Shown piece by piece: positions 18,248 through 29,024 of a DNA stretch of 64,000 nucleotides; the first letter of the stretch is position 1; every line of letters begins with the position of its first letter. The stretch is from a virus (Duplodnaviria > Caudoviricetes). Under the pieces are notes generated by a model, which saw only the letters and a list, made by a program, of their open reading frames with translations, was not told the DNA's origin and made no database searches. A program made the translations under genes and the position numbers. The DNA lies in IMG/VR virus record IMGVR_UViG_3300014204_000122, positions 64,001-128,000 of that record. One strand, written 5' to 3'.

Positions 18248-18892
18248 TTATTTCATTACATATAGTTGGTATTTTCCTTTAGGAAATTCTTTAATTTCTT
18301 CAGGTGTATTAGCTGTTGCTAAAACCTTAGTTAATGTTCCAACATAGTAAGGATTATAAATTTTTGCTTTTCTATTATAAAGAGATGGAAGTTTAGTTGT
18401 ACCATTTCCATCATCAAATAAATATAAATCTCTATTATCTTTTAAATATTCTTCTGTTTTTCCTGAACCTGATAAAATAATTGTTTTATCATTTCCCACA
18501 AGTTTAAGTAAAAAATATGCTGTCTTATTTTGCACAAACTCATTATTTAATGGATTTTGCGTATCAATTTTACTATCTGAATTTAAACAAGCTATTTTTA
18601 TTCCTTTCTTTTCTTCTTCTAATATAATACTTTTATTAGATAATGTTGAAAATGCACTTTCATTTAGCACTTCAAAAACCAATATACCGTTACCACCAAA
18701 TTTTGAATTATTTCCTACTAATTGTCCCTCTTCATCAAATCCTAAATGAGACCAACCATCTTCTTCTAATTCTTTTTTAAATTCAGGATCTAATTCAACC
18801 TCTTCTTTTAAAACTACCTTCTTACCAGATATTCTTTGAATTTTTTCAGTAAGCAATTGTATTTCTAGTTGTTTTTCTTTTTCTGATTTCAT
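18248..18892 (-). CDS. tagged putative internal head protein
   Basis: N-terminal tag ending VVLKE. Confidence 0.75.
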   Translation of the reverse strand: MKSEKEKQLEIQLLTEKIQRISGKKVVLKEEVELDPEFKKELEEDGWSHLGFDEEGQLVGNNSKFGGNGILVFEVLNESAFSTLSNKSIILEEEKKGIKIACLNSDSKIDTQNPLNNEFVQNKTAYFLLKLVGNDKTIILSGSGKTEEYLKDNRDLYLFDDGNGTTKLPSLYNRKAKIYNPYYVGTLTKVLATANTPEEIKEFPKGKYQLYVMK

Positions 18893-18896
18893 TATT

Positions 18897-19466
18897 TTAT
18901 ATTTTATTTATTATTAAGTTTTCAGGAATATCAACTATATATTCTCCTGATGTTAAAGGGTCCAAAAATAAAAGTCCTCTTGGAGTACTTAAAACTAATT
19001 CTTTTCTTTTAGTTTGCGATGGATTTGAAATAAACCCTAAAACTTTTCCTACTTCAAAACTATTATAACCATTATATCCTATATATTGGTTTTGTTTAAG
19101 TAACCACAAACCTCCTGTTTTATCTAAATTTTTAATATGATCTTTAATACTATTATTAGATGTAAATTCTTCCTCAAAACTATCACCCATATCAGGATGT
19201 ACAATTAAAGGATTTTTAACTAAAGGTAATTTAACTTTATAATCAGGATATATTTTTTTAAAATATTCTAATACTTCAATTTTAATAGGAGTATTTTTTA
19301 AATTAATTATTTTATTTTCTTCATTAATATTATCAATAAAATTTTTTATTCGTTCTTCTATTTTAACAGGTTTGGCATGTTTAGAGTAGTAAACATAATC
19401 ATCTTCCAAAATAACCTTTTTATTAACAAGGTTTTCTAATTTTTCTATTAATATATTTATGTTCAT
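18897..19466 (-). CDS. protein with divergent tag
   Basis: MNINILIEKLENLVNKKVILED. Confidence 0.7.
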   Translation of the reverse strand: MNINILIEKLENLVNKKVILEDDYVYYSKHAKPVKIEERIKNFIDNINEENKIINLKNTPIKIEVLEYFKKIYPDYKVKLPLVKNPLIVHPDMGDSFEEEFTSNNSIKDHIKNLDKTGGLWLLKQNQYIGYNGYNSFEVGKVLGFISNPSQTKRKELVLSTPRGLLFLDPLTSGEYIVDIPENLIINKI

Positions 19467-19468
19467 TA

Positions 19469-22387
19469 TTATAATTCGTTATAATTTTCTTCTGCTTTTT
19501 CTAATTTTGGAGATAATTTTTTAATTTTCTCTTTTATTTTTTCAATTTTACTATTTAAATCATTCATTTCTCCTCCTATTTCATTAGCAACATTTTCACC
19601 TTCACTTTCGCCACCCTTTTCTATTGCTTGAGGAATTAATTCTTCTTGATCTATATATAATTGTCTTAATTCTCTTTTATAATCTTCTAATTCTCTTTCT
19701 AAGTCATCCATCTCATATCTAAGATTATCATATTTCTCCTCAACCCTATCTTTTCTGATTTGTTTATTTTTTTCTATTCTTTCACTTCTTTTATTTGCTA
19801 TATCATAATCAGATACTGTTATGCTTCTATCAAATTTTCCATTTACAAAAGGAGACCAACCTCTTTCAGTTCTTATATGTTTAATATCGTTTATAAATTT
19901 TATTGTACCTATAGGAATTACTGGTTTTGTATTGTTTTCTTTTGAAAAAACAGATTTTCTAGATTCTATTAAACTAGCACTAGAATTTGAATAAGAGAAT
20001 TTTTTTTCTTCTTCTATTTGCTCATATTCTTCTCTTGTAATGATTTTTGTTTCAACTTTAACTATTTCTATATATTCAGATAAATTTTCTTCCCATTTTT
20101 CTAACGCTGTTTTTTCTATTTCCTCTGCTTCTTTTTTAGTTAATATAACATCATTATAATCTCCAGCTATAATATCACATTGACATCTACCTACACTATC
20201 TATCCATTCTGCAACAACAACAAATCCTTTTATATCTTCTATTTTGTTTAATTTATTTATTTCATAAGCAGGGACTTCTTTAAACCCAGTAAATTTAGGT
20301 TGTTTTAATTTTTTAAATTGAGTAGCTTCTAATAAATCATCTTTTTTTTCAACTACATAATATTGATACGCATTATCTATCTCTTCAATAGAAGGCTTTG
20401 CTTTTTCAGAATATTGATCTCTAGTTATTCCTTTATCATCTAAAGCGTGTATTTTTTTCCAATCTTCATCATTATATTCTTCACCCTCTTCAGTTATTAC
20501 ATCATCTTCTTGGTTTTCTTGATTTAAAAGATCTTTATATTTATTAATAGAAATAGGAAATGCTCTAACGTTTGAAGTGTTATAATTTTCTGGATTATTA
20601 CTTTTCCATGTTTTTAAAGCTTTATTACACAGTTCATCTGCTTCTTCGTATGATACACCTTGTTCTGTAGAGTGTATTATATCCCATTTTTCTTCACCAT
20701 CTTCTGTCCATTTACATATAGCAACATATGAAGTTTTTATTATATCTTTTAGATTTCCATCAGAAATAATAGATGATTCTTCAATAATACCTTTTATGTC
20801 TTCTATAATATATTCTGTATAAGATTTTAAATCTATAGGGTTTAACTTTTCAGGTTTTATATTTGTTAAATAAGATATTATTTTTATTCCTTTTTCAGAA
20901 TCTTTTATAAAAGAATCAAAATCAGATATTTTTTTATTATTATCTTTTAATTTTTTTATTATATTTTCTTTTTCTTTTATAAGAATTTGGTCAAATTCGC
21001 TCAAACTAATATATTCTCTTTCTTTTTTATCTAATTCTATTAATTCTTCTTTGGAATTTACTACTGTGTCAGATATAATACTATTTTTATATTGAACTTT
21101 TATTTCTGTGAATGGTTTACCAAATTCAAAATTGGTATTTTCAAAAGCTTCCTCAATTGTTTTTCCTTCTCCTATTTGCTCTGATTCTTGTTCTACAAAA
21201 CTGCTTTCGTGATCTCTTACTACAATATTCCATCTATAATTAACCAAATATAAATCTTGATTTCTATTATATTCAAAACTATAACAATCATCGTTCTCAA
21301 TTGCTTCTTGATCTTCATCAGACATAATACGAGGTTTTCCTCCAATTAAATCATCATTATAAGTTAATAATGTTTCTATTAATAATTCATCGTTAGAAAC
21401 AATTTTATTTTTAAATAAATTAGAAGTAATAAAAGAGGGAAGATTATCATATTCTAAATTAATATATTTTTCACAATCATCAGGATCTTTAATTATAGTC
21501 AGTAACAAATTACAACGCTCATCAGAATTTAAAATTTCCCAATCTTTATTTGTAATTAAACTATTTTTATTTTCTTCTACAACATAAAGATTATCAGTTT
21601 CTTCTGTTAAACTTTTTACCAAAGATTCTTTTACTTCTTTTTCTACATCTTTTTTAATATCTTCAAAATTCTCAATAAATTCTTTAGTACAAGTGCCTCC
21701 CGTAATTGTAACCCTATCTGTTTGATTATAATGTAACTTATCAGCAGAGTATATATGATCTATAATTTCAGAAACATCTTTGCCCCATTTTTCTTCTATT
21801 AAATTAAAAATTCTAATTAACTCGTCACTTTCTAATTTATCGAACTTCTCCCATATTTCAACTAACCAATTTTCTATAGGGTAAAGTTCATCAAGACTAT
21901 ATATCTTGTTAGAGTTTATTGATTCTTCAATAACATCATTTGATTTTAATAAAGCTTTATTTAATCCTTGCATAGTAATGTCTATATTATCATTTACTGT
22001 AAAATTATCACCTGCAATAACATTTGTTCCTTCTAAAACAACAACACCATAACCACTATCACCATCAGGTTCATTATCATTTACATTTTCTTTTAATAAT
22101 TCCCAAGCTTTAAGAATACCATTTTCAGTAAACTCTTCTGTTTCTTCACTATAATCACTACCAACATCTCCAGTGAAATCATAAAAAAATACACATACCT
22201 CATTAATCATTTCTTCTAAACTATCGAAAGGTCTAATTGCTACACTTTCATCGTTCCAATAAATAAAAGAATAAGGACTAGCCTCTTCTTCTTCTAAATA
22301 TTCAAAACCTTTTACTTGTTTTTCGTTTGTTGTTATATGAATTGTTTTATAATCATAATGATTTGGAAAACCTGCGTATATTTTCAT
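19469..22387 (-). CDS. large acidic multi-module protein with C-terminal coiled coil
   Basis: 972 aa; modules separated by IEE/LTE/LIE/LLE sites; two related modules (YVAICKW..WDII and FVVVAEW..CDII). Confidence 0.65.
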   Translation of the reverse strand: MKIYAGFPNHYDYKTIHITTNEKQVKGFEYLEEEEASPYSFIYWNDESVAIRPFDSLEEMINEVCVFFYDFTGDVGSDYSEETEEFTENGILKAWELLKENVNDNEPDGDSGYGVVVLEGTNVIAGDNFTVNDNIDITMQGLNKALLKSNDVIEESINSNKIYSLDELYPIENWLVEIWEKFDKLESDELIRIFNLIEEKWGKDVSEIIDHIYSADKLHYNQTDRVTITGGTCTKEFIENFEDIKKDVEKEVKESLVKSLTEETDNLYVVEENKNSLITNKDWEILNSDERCNLLLTIIKDPDDCEKYINLEYDNLPSFITSNLFKNKIVSNDELLIETLLTYNDDLIGGKPRIMSDEDQEAIENDDCYSFEYNRNQDLYLVNYRWNIVVRDHESSFVEQESEQIGEGKTIEEAFENTNFEFGKPFTEIKVQYKNSIISDTVVNSKEELIELDKKEREYISLSEFDQILIKEKENIIKKLKDNNKKISDFDSFIKDSEKGIKIISYLTNIKPEKLNPIDLKSYTEYIIEDIKGIIEESSIISDGNLKDIIKTSYVAICKWTEDGEEKWDIIHSTEQGVSYEEADELCNKALKTWKSNNPENYNTSNVRAFPISINKYKDLLNQENQEDDVITEEGEEYNDEDWKKIHALDDKGITRDQYSEKAKPSIEEIDNAYQYYVVEKKDDLLEATQFKKLKQPKFTGFKEVPAYEINKLNKIEDIKGFVVVAEWIDSVGRCQCDIIAGDYNDVILTKKEAEEIEKTALEKWEENLSEYIEIVKVETKIITREEYEQIEEEKKFSYSNSSASLIESRKSVFSKENNTKPVIPIGTIKFINDIKHIRTERGWSPFVNGKFDRSITVSDYDIANKRSERIEKNKQIRKDRVEEKYDNLRYEMDDLERELEDYKRELRQLYIDQEELIPQAIEKGGESEGENVANEIGGEMNDLNSKIEKIKEKIKKLSPKLEKAEENYNEL

Positions 22388-22389
22388 TT

Positions 22390-23082
22390 TTATATTTTTT
22401 TAAATTCTATCATAGCTTTATAAAGGTTTTCTAAATCAGAATCAGAAAAAGATAAAGTATCAATTTCATGATTATGTAATATTTCAACCATTTTGTCAAT
22501 TTTTTCATCACTTATACTTTCCCAAATAGAGGAATCATAATCTGATGTAGTTCCATCTTCAAACTTTAATTTAATTGTGTTATCGTCAACTTTTTGTATA
22601 AATTTTCCTGTTTGACCCTGTTTATTAGCTGGATCAGTAGTTAAATTTCTAGGAACTGTTAGAGATTCTCCTATTTCGTGATAATCAAAAATGTTTTCTT
22701 TTAATACTGTTAAACCACTATTTAGTGATTCTTCAAATACCTCTCCCTCAGTAGCATCCTTTAAAAATTTAATAATTTTTTCTTCAGGTGATAATTTATC
22801 AGGTGTTTCACCCATAGCAATATCGTATTTGTCAATTAATTCAGCTTTTTCTTCATCGCTGTTATTTTCATTTTCACAAAATTTAATTACTTTATTAAAA
22901 AAAATTCTATCATCTTGAAAATTTCCTTTAATTTCATAATTTTTTAAATCCTGAAAAGTGGAATTATTATTTGATGATTCTTTTAATATGTCGATTGATA
23001 AAACCACTTTCTTACCAGATATTCTTTGGATTTTTTCTGTAAGTAATTGTATTTCTAATTGTTTTTCTTTTTCTGATTTCAT
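22390..23082 (-). CDS. tagged putative internal head protein
   Basis: N-terminal tag. Confidence 0.75.
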   Translation of the reverse strand: MKSEKEKQLEIQLLTEKIQRISGKKVVLSIDILKESSNNNSTFQDLKNYEIKGNFQDDRIFFNKVIKFCENENNSDEEKAELIDKYDIAMGETPDKLSPEEKIIKFLKDATEGEVFEESLNSGLTVLKENIFDYHEIGESLTVPRNLTTDPANKQGQTGKFIQKVDDNTIKLKFEDGTTSDYDSSIWESISDEKIDKMVEILHNHEIDTLSFSDSDLENLYKAMIEFKKI

Positions 23083-23135
23083 TATTAATTAATTTATTTT
23101 AAATATTAAATTTTACTTTAAATTATTAAAATAAA

Positions 23136-23456
23136 TTAATTTTCATCCTGATTATCTTCTATTTCATCAAAAACTTCTTCTTCCACTTCATCATAATCAA
23201 AATATTCTTCTTCCTCATCACCATCAACTTCTTCAATTTTTTTTACAACTCTATTTTTAGCAATATCGTCGCATTTTTTACCATTTTTTTTACACTCAAA
23301 TTTTAAAACATCTAAATTATCTTTTATATATTCCAATAAATCTTTATCAGAAATTTTATTATTATATATTCCTAATAAATATTCAGCAGGAATATTAATT
23401 AATTTTCGTCCCTTATAAGGTCCAAAATTAATTATTGAATCATCATCTAGTATCAT
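23136..23456 (-). CDS. DUF3820-like small protein with acidic tail
   Basis: FGPYKGRKLINIPAEYLL motif. Confidence 0.65.
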   Translation of the reverse strand: MILDDDSIINFGPYKGRKLINIPAEYLLGIYNNKISDKDLLEYIKDNLDVLKFECKKNGKKCDDIAKNRVVKKIEEVDGDEEEEYFDYDEVEEEVFDEIEDNQDEN

Positions 23457-23693
23457 TAAAATTATTTTTTTTGTTTATAAATATAACTTTAATTTAAAAT
23501 AAGTAATTTTTTTAAATTTAAAACATTGTTATTGTATTTAACTTAAATCTATACAAAATGTATTATATGAAAATACAATCATTATATTATTTTATGAGCT
23601 CTAAACAATTATCTTTCTAAATATGTAACTACATGTCACTTTAAATAAATAAGCTCTTTAAACAAAAGATTTCTTATATTAAACAATAAAATA

Positions 23694-23975
23694 AGGTTTG
23701 TATCGTAGTGGCGTACCTAACAAATAAAGCGTTAATTTTGTAAAACACCACTTGTTCATGTTCTTGTAATAAATAAAAGTCTTGCTCTGTCTACAGGTGA
23801 CAACAAGGACCTTAAAGCTGGTCATACCAAAATTTTTATTACACCGGTGGGAGAAACGGATGGAAAGGGTTGAGCATTTATAACCAACGCAAAAATATGG
23901 TTATAGAACTTTTTTAAAATTAGAGGATTTTGTTTACACAAAGGCCTTTAGCTTTAAGGGAGAAAACCTGAGGTA
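23694..23975 (+). ncRNA. candidate structured non-coding RNA
   Basis: ORF-free, GC-richer island with nested helices, downstream of a TTCTTATATT motif. Confidence 0.4.
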
Positions 23976-24021
23976 TGTATAAAAAATTATATTTAAAGAT
24001 AAATAATAAAATACAAATAAA

Positions 24022-24882
24022 ATGAAATCAGAATTAGAAAAATAATTAGAAATACAATTACTTACTGAAAAAATACAAAGAATCTCTGGAAAGAAAATTG
24101 TTTTAGAAGAAAGTGAAAAGGATATTTTTGATTTATATCAAACATATCCAATAAAGGGAAATAGAAAACTAGGTGTAGTAGAATCGATAAATGGAAAAGA
24201 TATTGAAAAAAAACAAACAGATAAAATTTGTAGTGATTTAGAAAACTTAGGATATTATACTCATGTTGTTAAAAATAGATTTGGTTATTATGATATTATT
24301 TTTTATAAAGATTTTAACAGTGAAATTGATAAAGCCATTAAGCTTTATAAAAAATACACGAGCTTTTCTATGATAGATAAAAAAGACACAATGGATGGAT
24401 TAACTAAAGATGAACATATTTTTTTAGGAAGAATGTTTGGTATAAAAGAATCAGAAATAAATAAATTTGTATTTGATATTTTTAATGACGATAACGATGA
24501 TGAAGAATGGAAAAAAGCTGTTGAAAATTATATAGATGAAAATGATGCTGTTTTAATAAAACCTTTTTTGGAAGATAAAAGAAAACTTTCGGCTAAATTT
24601 GAAATGCAAGGAACAACTATTATTGTAACTTTTAACAAAAAATTTATATTTCCGGAAAATTATAAAGCTGATTTTTTCTTTATGAGATTAATGGTAACAC
24701 AATTTAATAAAGGTTTAAAAAAATCAAATAAATTAAAAATAATATCTCCTAATATTATAAGTTGTGAAAATATTCCAGGAGAAATAGATTTGGATTTATT
24801 TAACGAACTTGTAAAAGAAATAGAGGAAGACCTTATTTGGGCTGCAAAACGATATTTAAAAAATACTTCAAAAAGATCTTAG
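24022..24882 (+). pseudogene. tagged head-protein gene with in-frame TAA at codon 8
   Basis: MKSELEK*LEIQLLTEKIQRISGKKIVLEE continues without further stops, in frame, into the 24370 ORF. Confidence 0.75.
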
Positions 24883-24883
24883 G

Positions 24884-24925
24884 TAATATTAAAAAGCCTA
24901 TATTTATATAGGCTTTTTAATATTA
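24884..24925. terminator. bidirectional intrinsic terminator
   Basis: TAATATTAAAAAGCCTATA..TATAGGCTTTTTAATATTA between convergent genes. Confidence 0.8.
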
Positions 24926-25197
24926 CGTTTATTTATTAATTAAAAGGTTTTAACAATTCTTCTTCTGATTTTTAAAAACCTCCAACCATTTCATCAGAAT
25001 CACCCCAAGAATCACTAATAATTTCATCTAAAACATCTTCAGATATTTTCCTTTCAAAAAACGCCTTACAATATCTTGCTAATACAGTAAAGTATTTGAT
25101 AGTTTTTGTTAAAGAAAATCCCACATAAGGATATCCTTTATCACCACTTTCTTCATTCCATTTATTCCAATAAGCTATAGCTTTTTAATAAGATTTT

Positions 25198-28100
25198 CTA
25201 AAATTCTAAGTTAATTTTTATATTTAAATCAGCTAAATTGTCTTTTACAATAGGAGGGCTAATTTTAGCATATACTAAAGGTAAACTATTAACATTTCCA
25301 TCTCTATTAGTTATATGAAAAGCAATTTCAGATATTAATTTTTTGTTATGTAAACTATTTCCCTCATCAAAAGTAGGGTTAACAGATTTATTCCATTTAT
25401 CCGCTTCTGCTTTAATATTAAATGTTAATCCATATTGAGTTACTTGTTCTTTGTGGGATAAGTTGCCTATTAATATATGAGGAGTAGCCATAGTTGTAAT
25501 TAATTCTGATTCTATTTCGTAAATATTAATAGAATTTAAATAACCAGCTAAATCTACTGTAACTTCCTCTCCTACAACATAAGGAATTGTATTAACAATT
25601 TTTAGATCTTTAACCCCAGTTATATTATAAGGATCCTCAATATCATAATCATATTTTCCTATTATAATATTAGCTATCATACTACCCATATTAACACTTG
25701 TTATATTAAATTGAGGTAAATTAACTTTAAATAAACTTGTAGCATTATTATAAGACCCATCTTCATTTTTACTAGGAATAGAAAAATTAAAAGGAATTAA
25801 TTCACCACACAATATAGATTCACAATGTTCGTTTTCTATATTATAAGTTATAAAATATTCATAACTAGGTTTGTTAGAATAAGTATAGCCAGGTCTACCA
25901 GAAAAACTTGGAGTTGTTAAAAGAATAGGTTCTGTAATCCAGTTAATGTTTCCGTAAACGCCACTAATATATTTAGCTACATAAAAACTATCTTGATCTA
26001 TAACTTTGTATACACATAATATATTATCAGGCGTAGAAGTAAAAATAGAACTGTTAGCGCCTGGTACATCTTTAATATAAATAATATCACCATCTTTATA
26101 ATTATGAGGTTGATTTAAACTAATAATTGTTGTACCGATTGTTGTGTCGTATCTTATTTCATTAATAAAACTAACACCAGTAGGGGTTATATTTGAAAAA
26201 GTTTCACCTGCAGTTATAGGTAATAAAGTATAATTTCTATTAGAAGAATATCCCAACGCTAAAGTAATTTCAGTATCAAAAAGTAAAACAAGATTTAAAT
26301 CATGTAATATGTATCCAATTTTTTTAACACTATTAAATAAAGTATATAAAGGTGAATAATTACCTAGAGAGTTATTATCGTTTTTTAATTCATTTATATT
26401 ATTTACAAACCAAGCAGGTTCTACTCCATTGTTTTTTTGAATAATTAAATATGGAATTTCTAAAGATATATTTTCTGCTATGGTTATTCTATCTTTAATT
26501 TGTTCGTTTAAATTAAGTACTGTAAAAGGCGTTTTAAAACCTGTTATAACTGGTAATAAATCTTGAAGTTGACTTTTTATTCCAAAATATTCTGATCCTT
26601 TATAATTTATATAATTTTTTTTACTTGAGGTATTATCCCCCAACATTTGATCTCTGTGTATTTCACGTTGTTGCCATAAACTATTATACAAATCTTCAGT
26701 ATTCCAATTTCTATTTAAAAGAATAAGTAAATATTTACCACTTCCAACAATATTAATGAAATTTTTATCAACATCTATATCAAAAGTATTTCCAATTTGT
26801 GTAACACTAGTTATTTGATAAATATATGTTTCTTGATTAAAAAAATAAGGAATATTATTAATTCCATCAGTTCCAGAAGAAGCTCCTAATATTTCGTTTG
26901 GTAAATATTGAACTATTAAATAAGAACCATCAGTAGGAACAGTATGAACGTCTTCAATAATTATTTCTTTTATTATTTTATCAGATTCTATTGTTAAAGT
27001 ATCATATAAACCAATAGGGGTAGTGTAAACTTCATTCCAAAAATATTTAGTAAACTCAAAACTATACGAATTACTTACATATGTATCAAACATAGGAGCA
27101 TTTATTAATGCAGATTCTAAAAAAATATTAATTGAATTTTCTGTATAAGATAAAACTTTATATTTTCCTGTCGGAATTACAACAAAACCTCCTATTTCTA
27201 TATCTATAGGAATAGTTATATATTCAAAAGAGTTATTGTTAAAAACTTCTCCTGTATATAATATTTTAACCTCATAATTTTCCCCTGTAGTCTCATCAAT
27301 TAATTCAGTAATTTTATTAAAAAAAATAGATTTATAAAATATACCTTTTTCTTTTAAAGGAGAAGATAATATATTTTCATAATTAGAACAATTAACAGTT
27401 TCTCCATAATAATTATTAGTTAAGTTTTGTTCTAATATATTATTTCCTTCAAAATAAACTCCAAAGGGATATAAATTATGATAATTGATAGTACAATTTC
27501 CTAATAATTGGCTTTTGTGTAATTTTAAAAATTTTAAATCTGTATTTTGAGCTAAAATATTACCATTTACTAAAATTGTTATTATATCAGAAGATCCTAA
27601 TACTATTTGACCTTGAAGATATATTTCTGCCATGTCTTTAAAATAACAAGTATCTGCTGGATATTCAGCAATTAGTTCTACTTTCCAATTACCTTGAGGT
27701 AAATTAATAATTTGATCAGTAGTATAATTATATATATATTCTTTATATATAGTATTAGTAATAATGTTTTTTATAATATATTTTACATTATAAAACCTTG
27801 TTAAAAGATTTTTACAATCACTTAAAGAAAGTTCATAAGTATGGCTTCCTTGCACAAATTCATCAATATTTGTTATCCCCGTGTTACTAATATTATCTAA
27901 ACTTAAGGTTAGAGTTGAAGTTTCGTTATCTATAATTGAAAGAGATGAACGTTCTAACGTTTTTATTTTAAAAGTAGGTAATTTAAAAGATGTTTTATAA
28001 ACACTACCAACTTCTCCATAATAAGTTGAGAAGCTATTATTTATTATAACATATATATGTTTTATATTAGGACCTGATTTAATTGAAGAGGCCCCTATTA

Positions 28101-29022
28101 AGGGAACACCTATTACAAAAGTATCAGATGAAGAAAAATTAACAGCCCTCCAAGATGAAGAATTTGAAATAACTTCTACAAATTTTCCGGCAGTATTTGA
28201 GTTAAATACGTTATAAGGAGTATTTATAATATATTTAAACCAAGAATCAATTGAAACAACACCTTTAGTGTTATTAATAAAAATTTCAATACCTTTTGTT
28301 GAACTATTATATCTTCCTGAAGTGTTTGTTTGATAAGTAAGCCATGATTGATTTAAATTACTTCCAGGGTTACTTGTATCGAATCCAGTAGCTAGTAATT
28401 TACCTTCTACTTTTTGAAAAATATTAACAATTTTACTAGTTTTAGCAATAGCTAAAGATGGATGAGTAATATTACCACACTCTACACTTATTTGTGAATC
28501 TATATGAGGGTTTCCATTAACATGTAAAAATAAATAAAAGTCTATTTTATATTCTCTAGAGTTGTTTCCTAATCCAGTTGAATCAAAAGTCATGTTATAA
28601 TTATCTTTAATTCCAATAACAGGTATAGAACTAGATACGGGCACTCCATTGTTATCTTCAAAATCACTTACTTTGGTATAAAAATCTCCTATTTCATAAG
28701 CATTAGTTACATTAGTAATAGGCCTATACATATATCCATTAACACTACCAACGGCTGTTGAAGGATAGGAAATAACTACAAGTGTTTGCCAGTGATTAAT
28801 ATGAGTAATACCATTTTCATCTATACTAGTACCCCCAGGAGCATCAGTACTATAAGTTATAGTAGTTTTATCATCTATTTCATCTTGAACTTCAACTACG
28901 AAGTTTTTTAAATTTATATTTTCTATAATTTTTGAAGAAGTTTGTATATCTTCTATATAGTCATTTTCTAATTTTAAACCATCAGAGGTTAAACAATAGA
29001 AATAATTTTTAGTAATACTCAT
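25198..29022 (-). CDS. large virion structural protein (baseplate/tail)
   Basis: 1274 aa, N/S/T/Y-rich; C-terminal ISEI..VYAKISPPIVK..IKINLEF typical of large-myophage baseplate proteins. Confidence 0.65.
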   Translation of the reverse strand: MSITKNYFYCLTSDGLKLENDYIEDIQTSSKIIENINLKNFVVEVQDEIDDKTTITYSTDAPGGTSIDENGITHINHWQTLVVISYPSTAVGSVNGYMYRPITNVTNAYEIGDFYTKVSDFEDNNGVPVSSSIPVIGIKDNYNMTFDSTGLGNNSREYKIDFYLFLHVNGNPHIDSQISVECGNITHPSLAIAKTSKIVNIFQKVEGKLLATGFDTSNPGSNLNQSWLTYQTNTSGRYNSSTKGIEIFINNTKGVVSIDSWFKYIINTPYNVFNSNTAGKFVEVISNSSSWRAVNFSSSDTFVIGVPLIGASSIKSGPNIKHIYVIINNSFSTYYGEVGSVYKTSFKLPTFKIKTLERSSLSIIDNETSTLTLSLDNISNTGITNIDEFVQGSHTYELSLSDCKNLLTRFYNVKYIIKNIITNTIYKEYIYNYTTDQIINLPQGNWKVELIAEYPADTCYFKDMAEIYLQGQIVLGSSDIITILVNGNILAQNTDLKFLKLHKSQLLGNCTINYHNLYPFGVYFEGNNILEQNLTNNYYGETVNCSNYENILSSPLKEKGIFYKSIFFNKITELIDETTGENYEVKILYTGEVFNNNSFEYITIPIDIEIGGFVVIPTGKYKVLSYTENSINIFLESALINAPMFDTYVSNSYSFEFTKYFWNEVYTTPIGLYDTLTIESDKIIKEIIIEDVHTVPTDGSYLIVQYLPNEILGASSGTDGINNIPYFFNQETYIYQITSVTQIGNTFDIDVDKNFINIVGSGKYLLILLNRNWNTEDLYNSLWQQREIHRDQMLGDNTSSKKNYINYKGSEYFGIKSQLQDLLPVITGFKTPFTVLNLNEQIKDRITIAENISLEIPYLIIQKNNGVEPAWFVNNINELKNDNNSLGNYSPLYTLFNSVKKIGYILHDLNLVLLFDTEITLALGYSSNRNYTLLPITAGETFSNITPTGVSFINEIRYDTTIGTTIISLNQPHNYKDGDIIYIKDVPGANSSIFTSTPDNILCVYKVIDQDSFYVAKYISGVYGNINWITEPILLTTPSFSGRPGYTYSNKPSYEYFITYNIENEHCESILCGELIPFNFSIPSKNEDGSYNNATSLFKVNLPQFNITSVNMGSMIANIIIGKYDYDIEDPYNITGVKDLKIVNTIPYVVGEEVTVDLAGYLNSINIYEIESELITTMATPHILIGNLSHKEQVTQYGLTFNIKAEADKWNKSVNPTFDEGNSLHNKKLISEIAFHITNRDGNVNSLPLVYAKISPPIVKDNLADLNIKINLEF

Positions 29023-29024
29023 TT

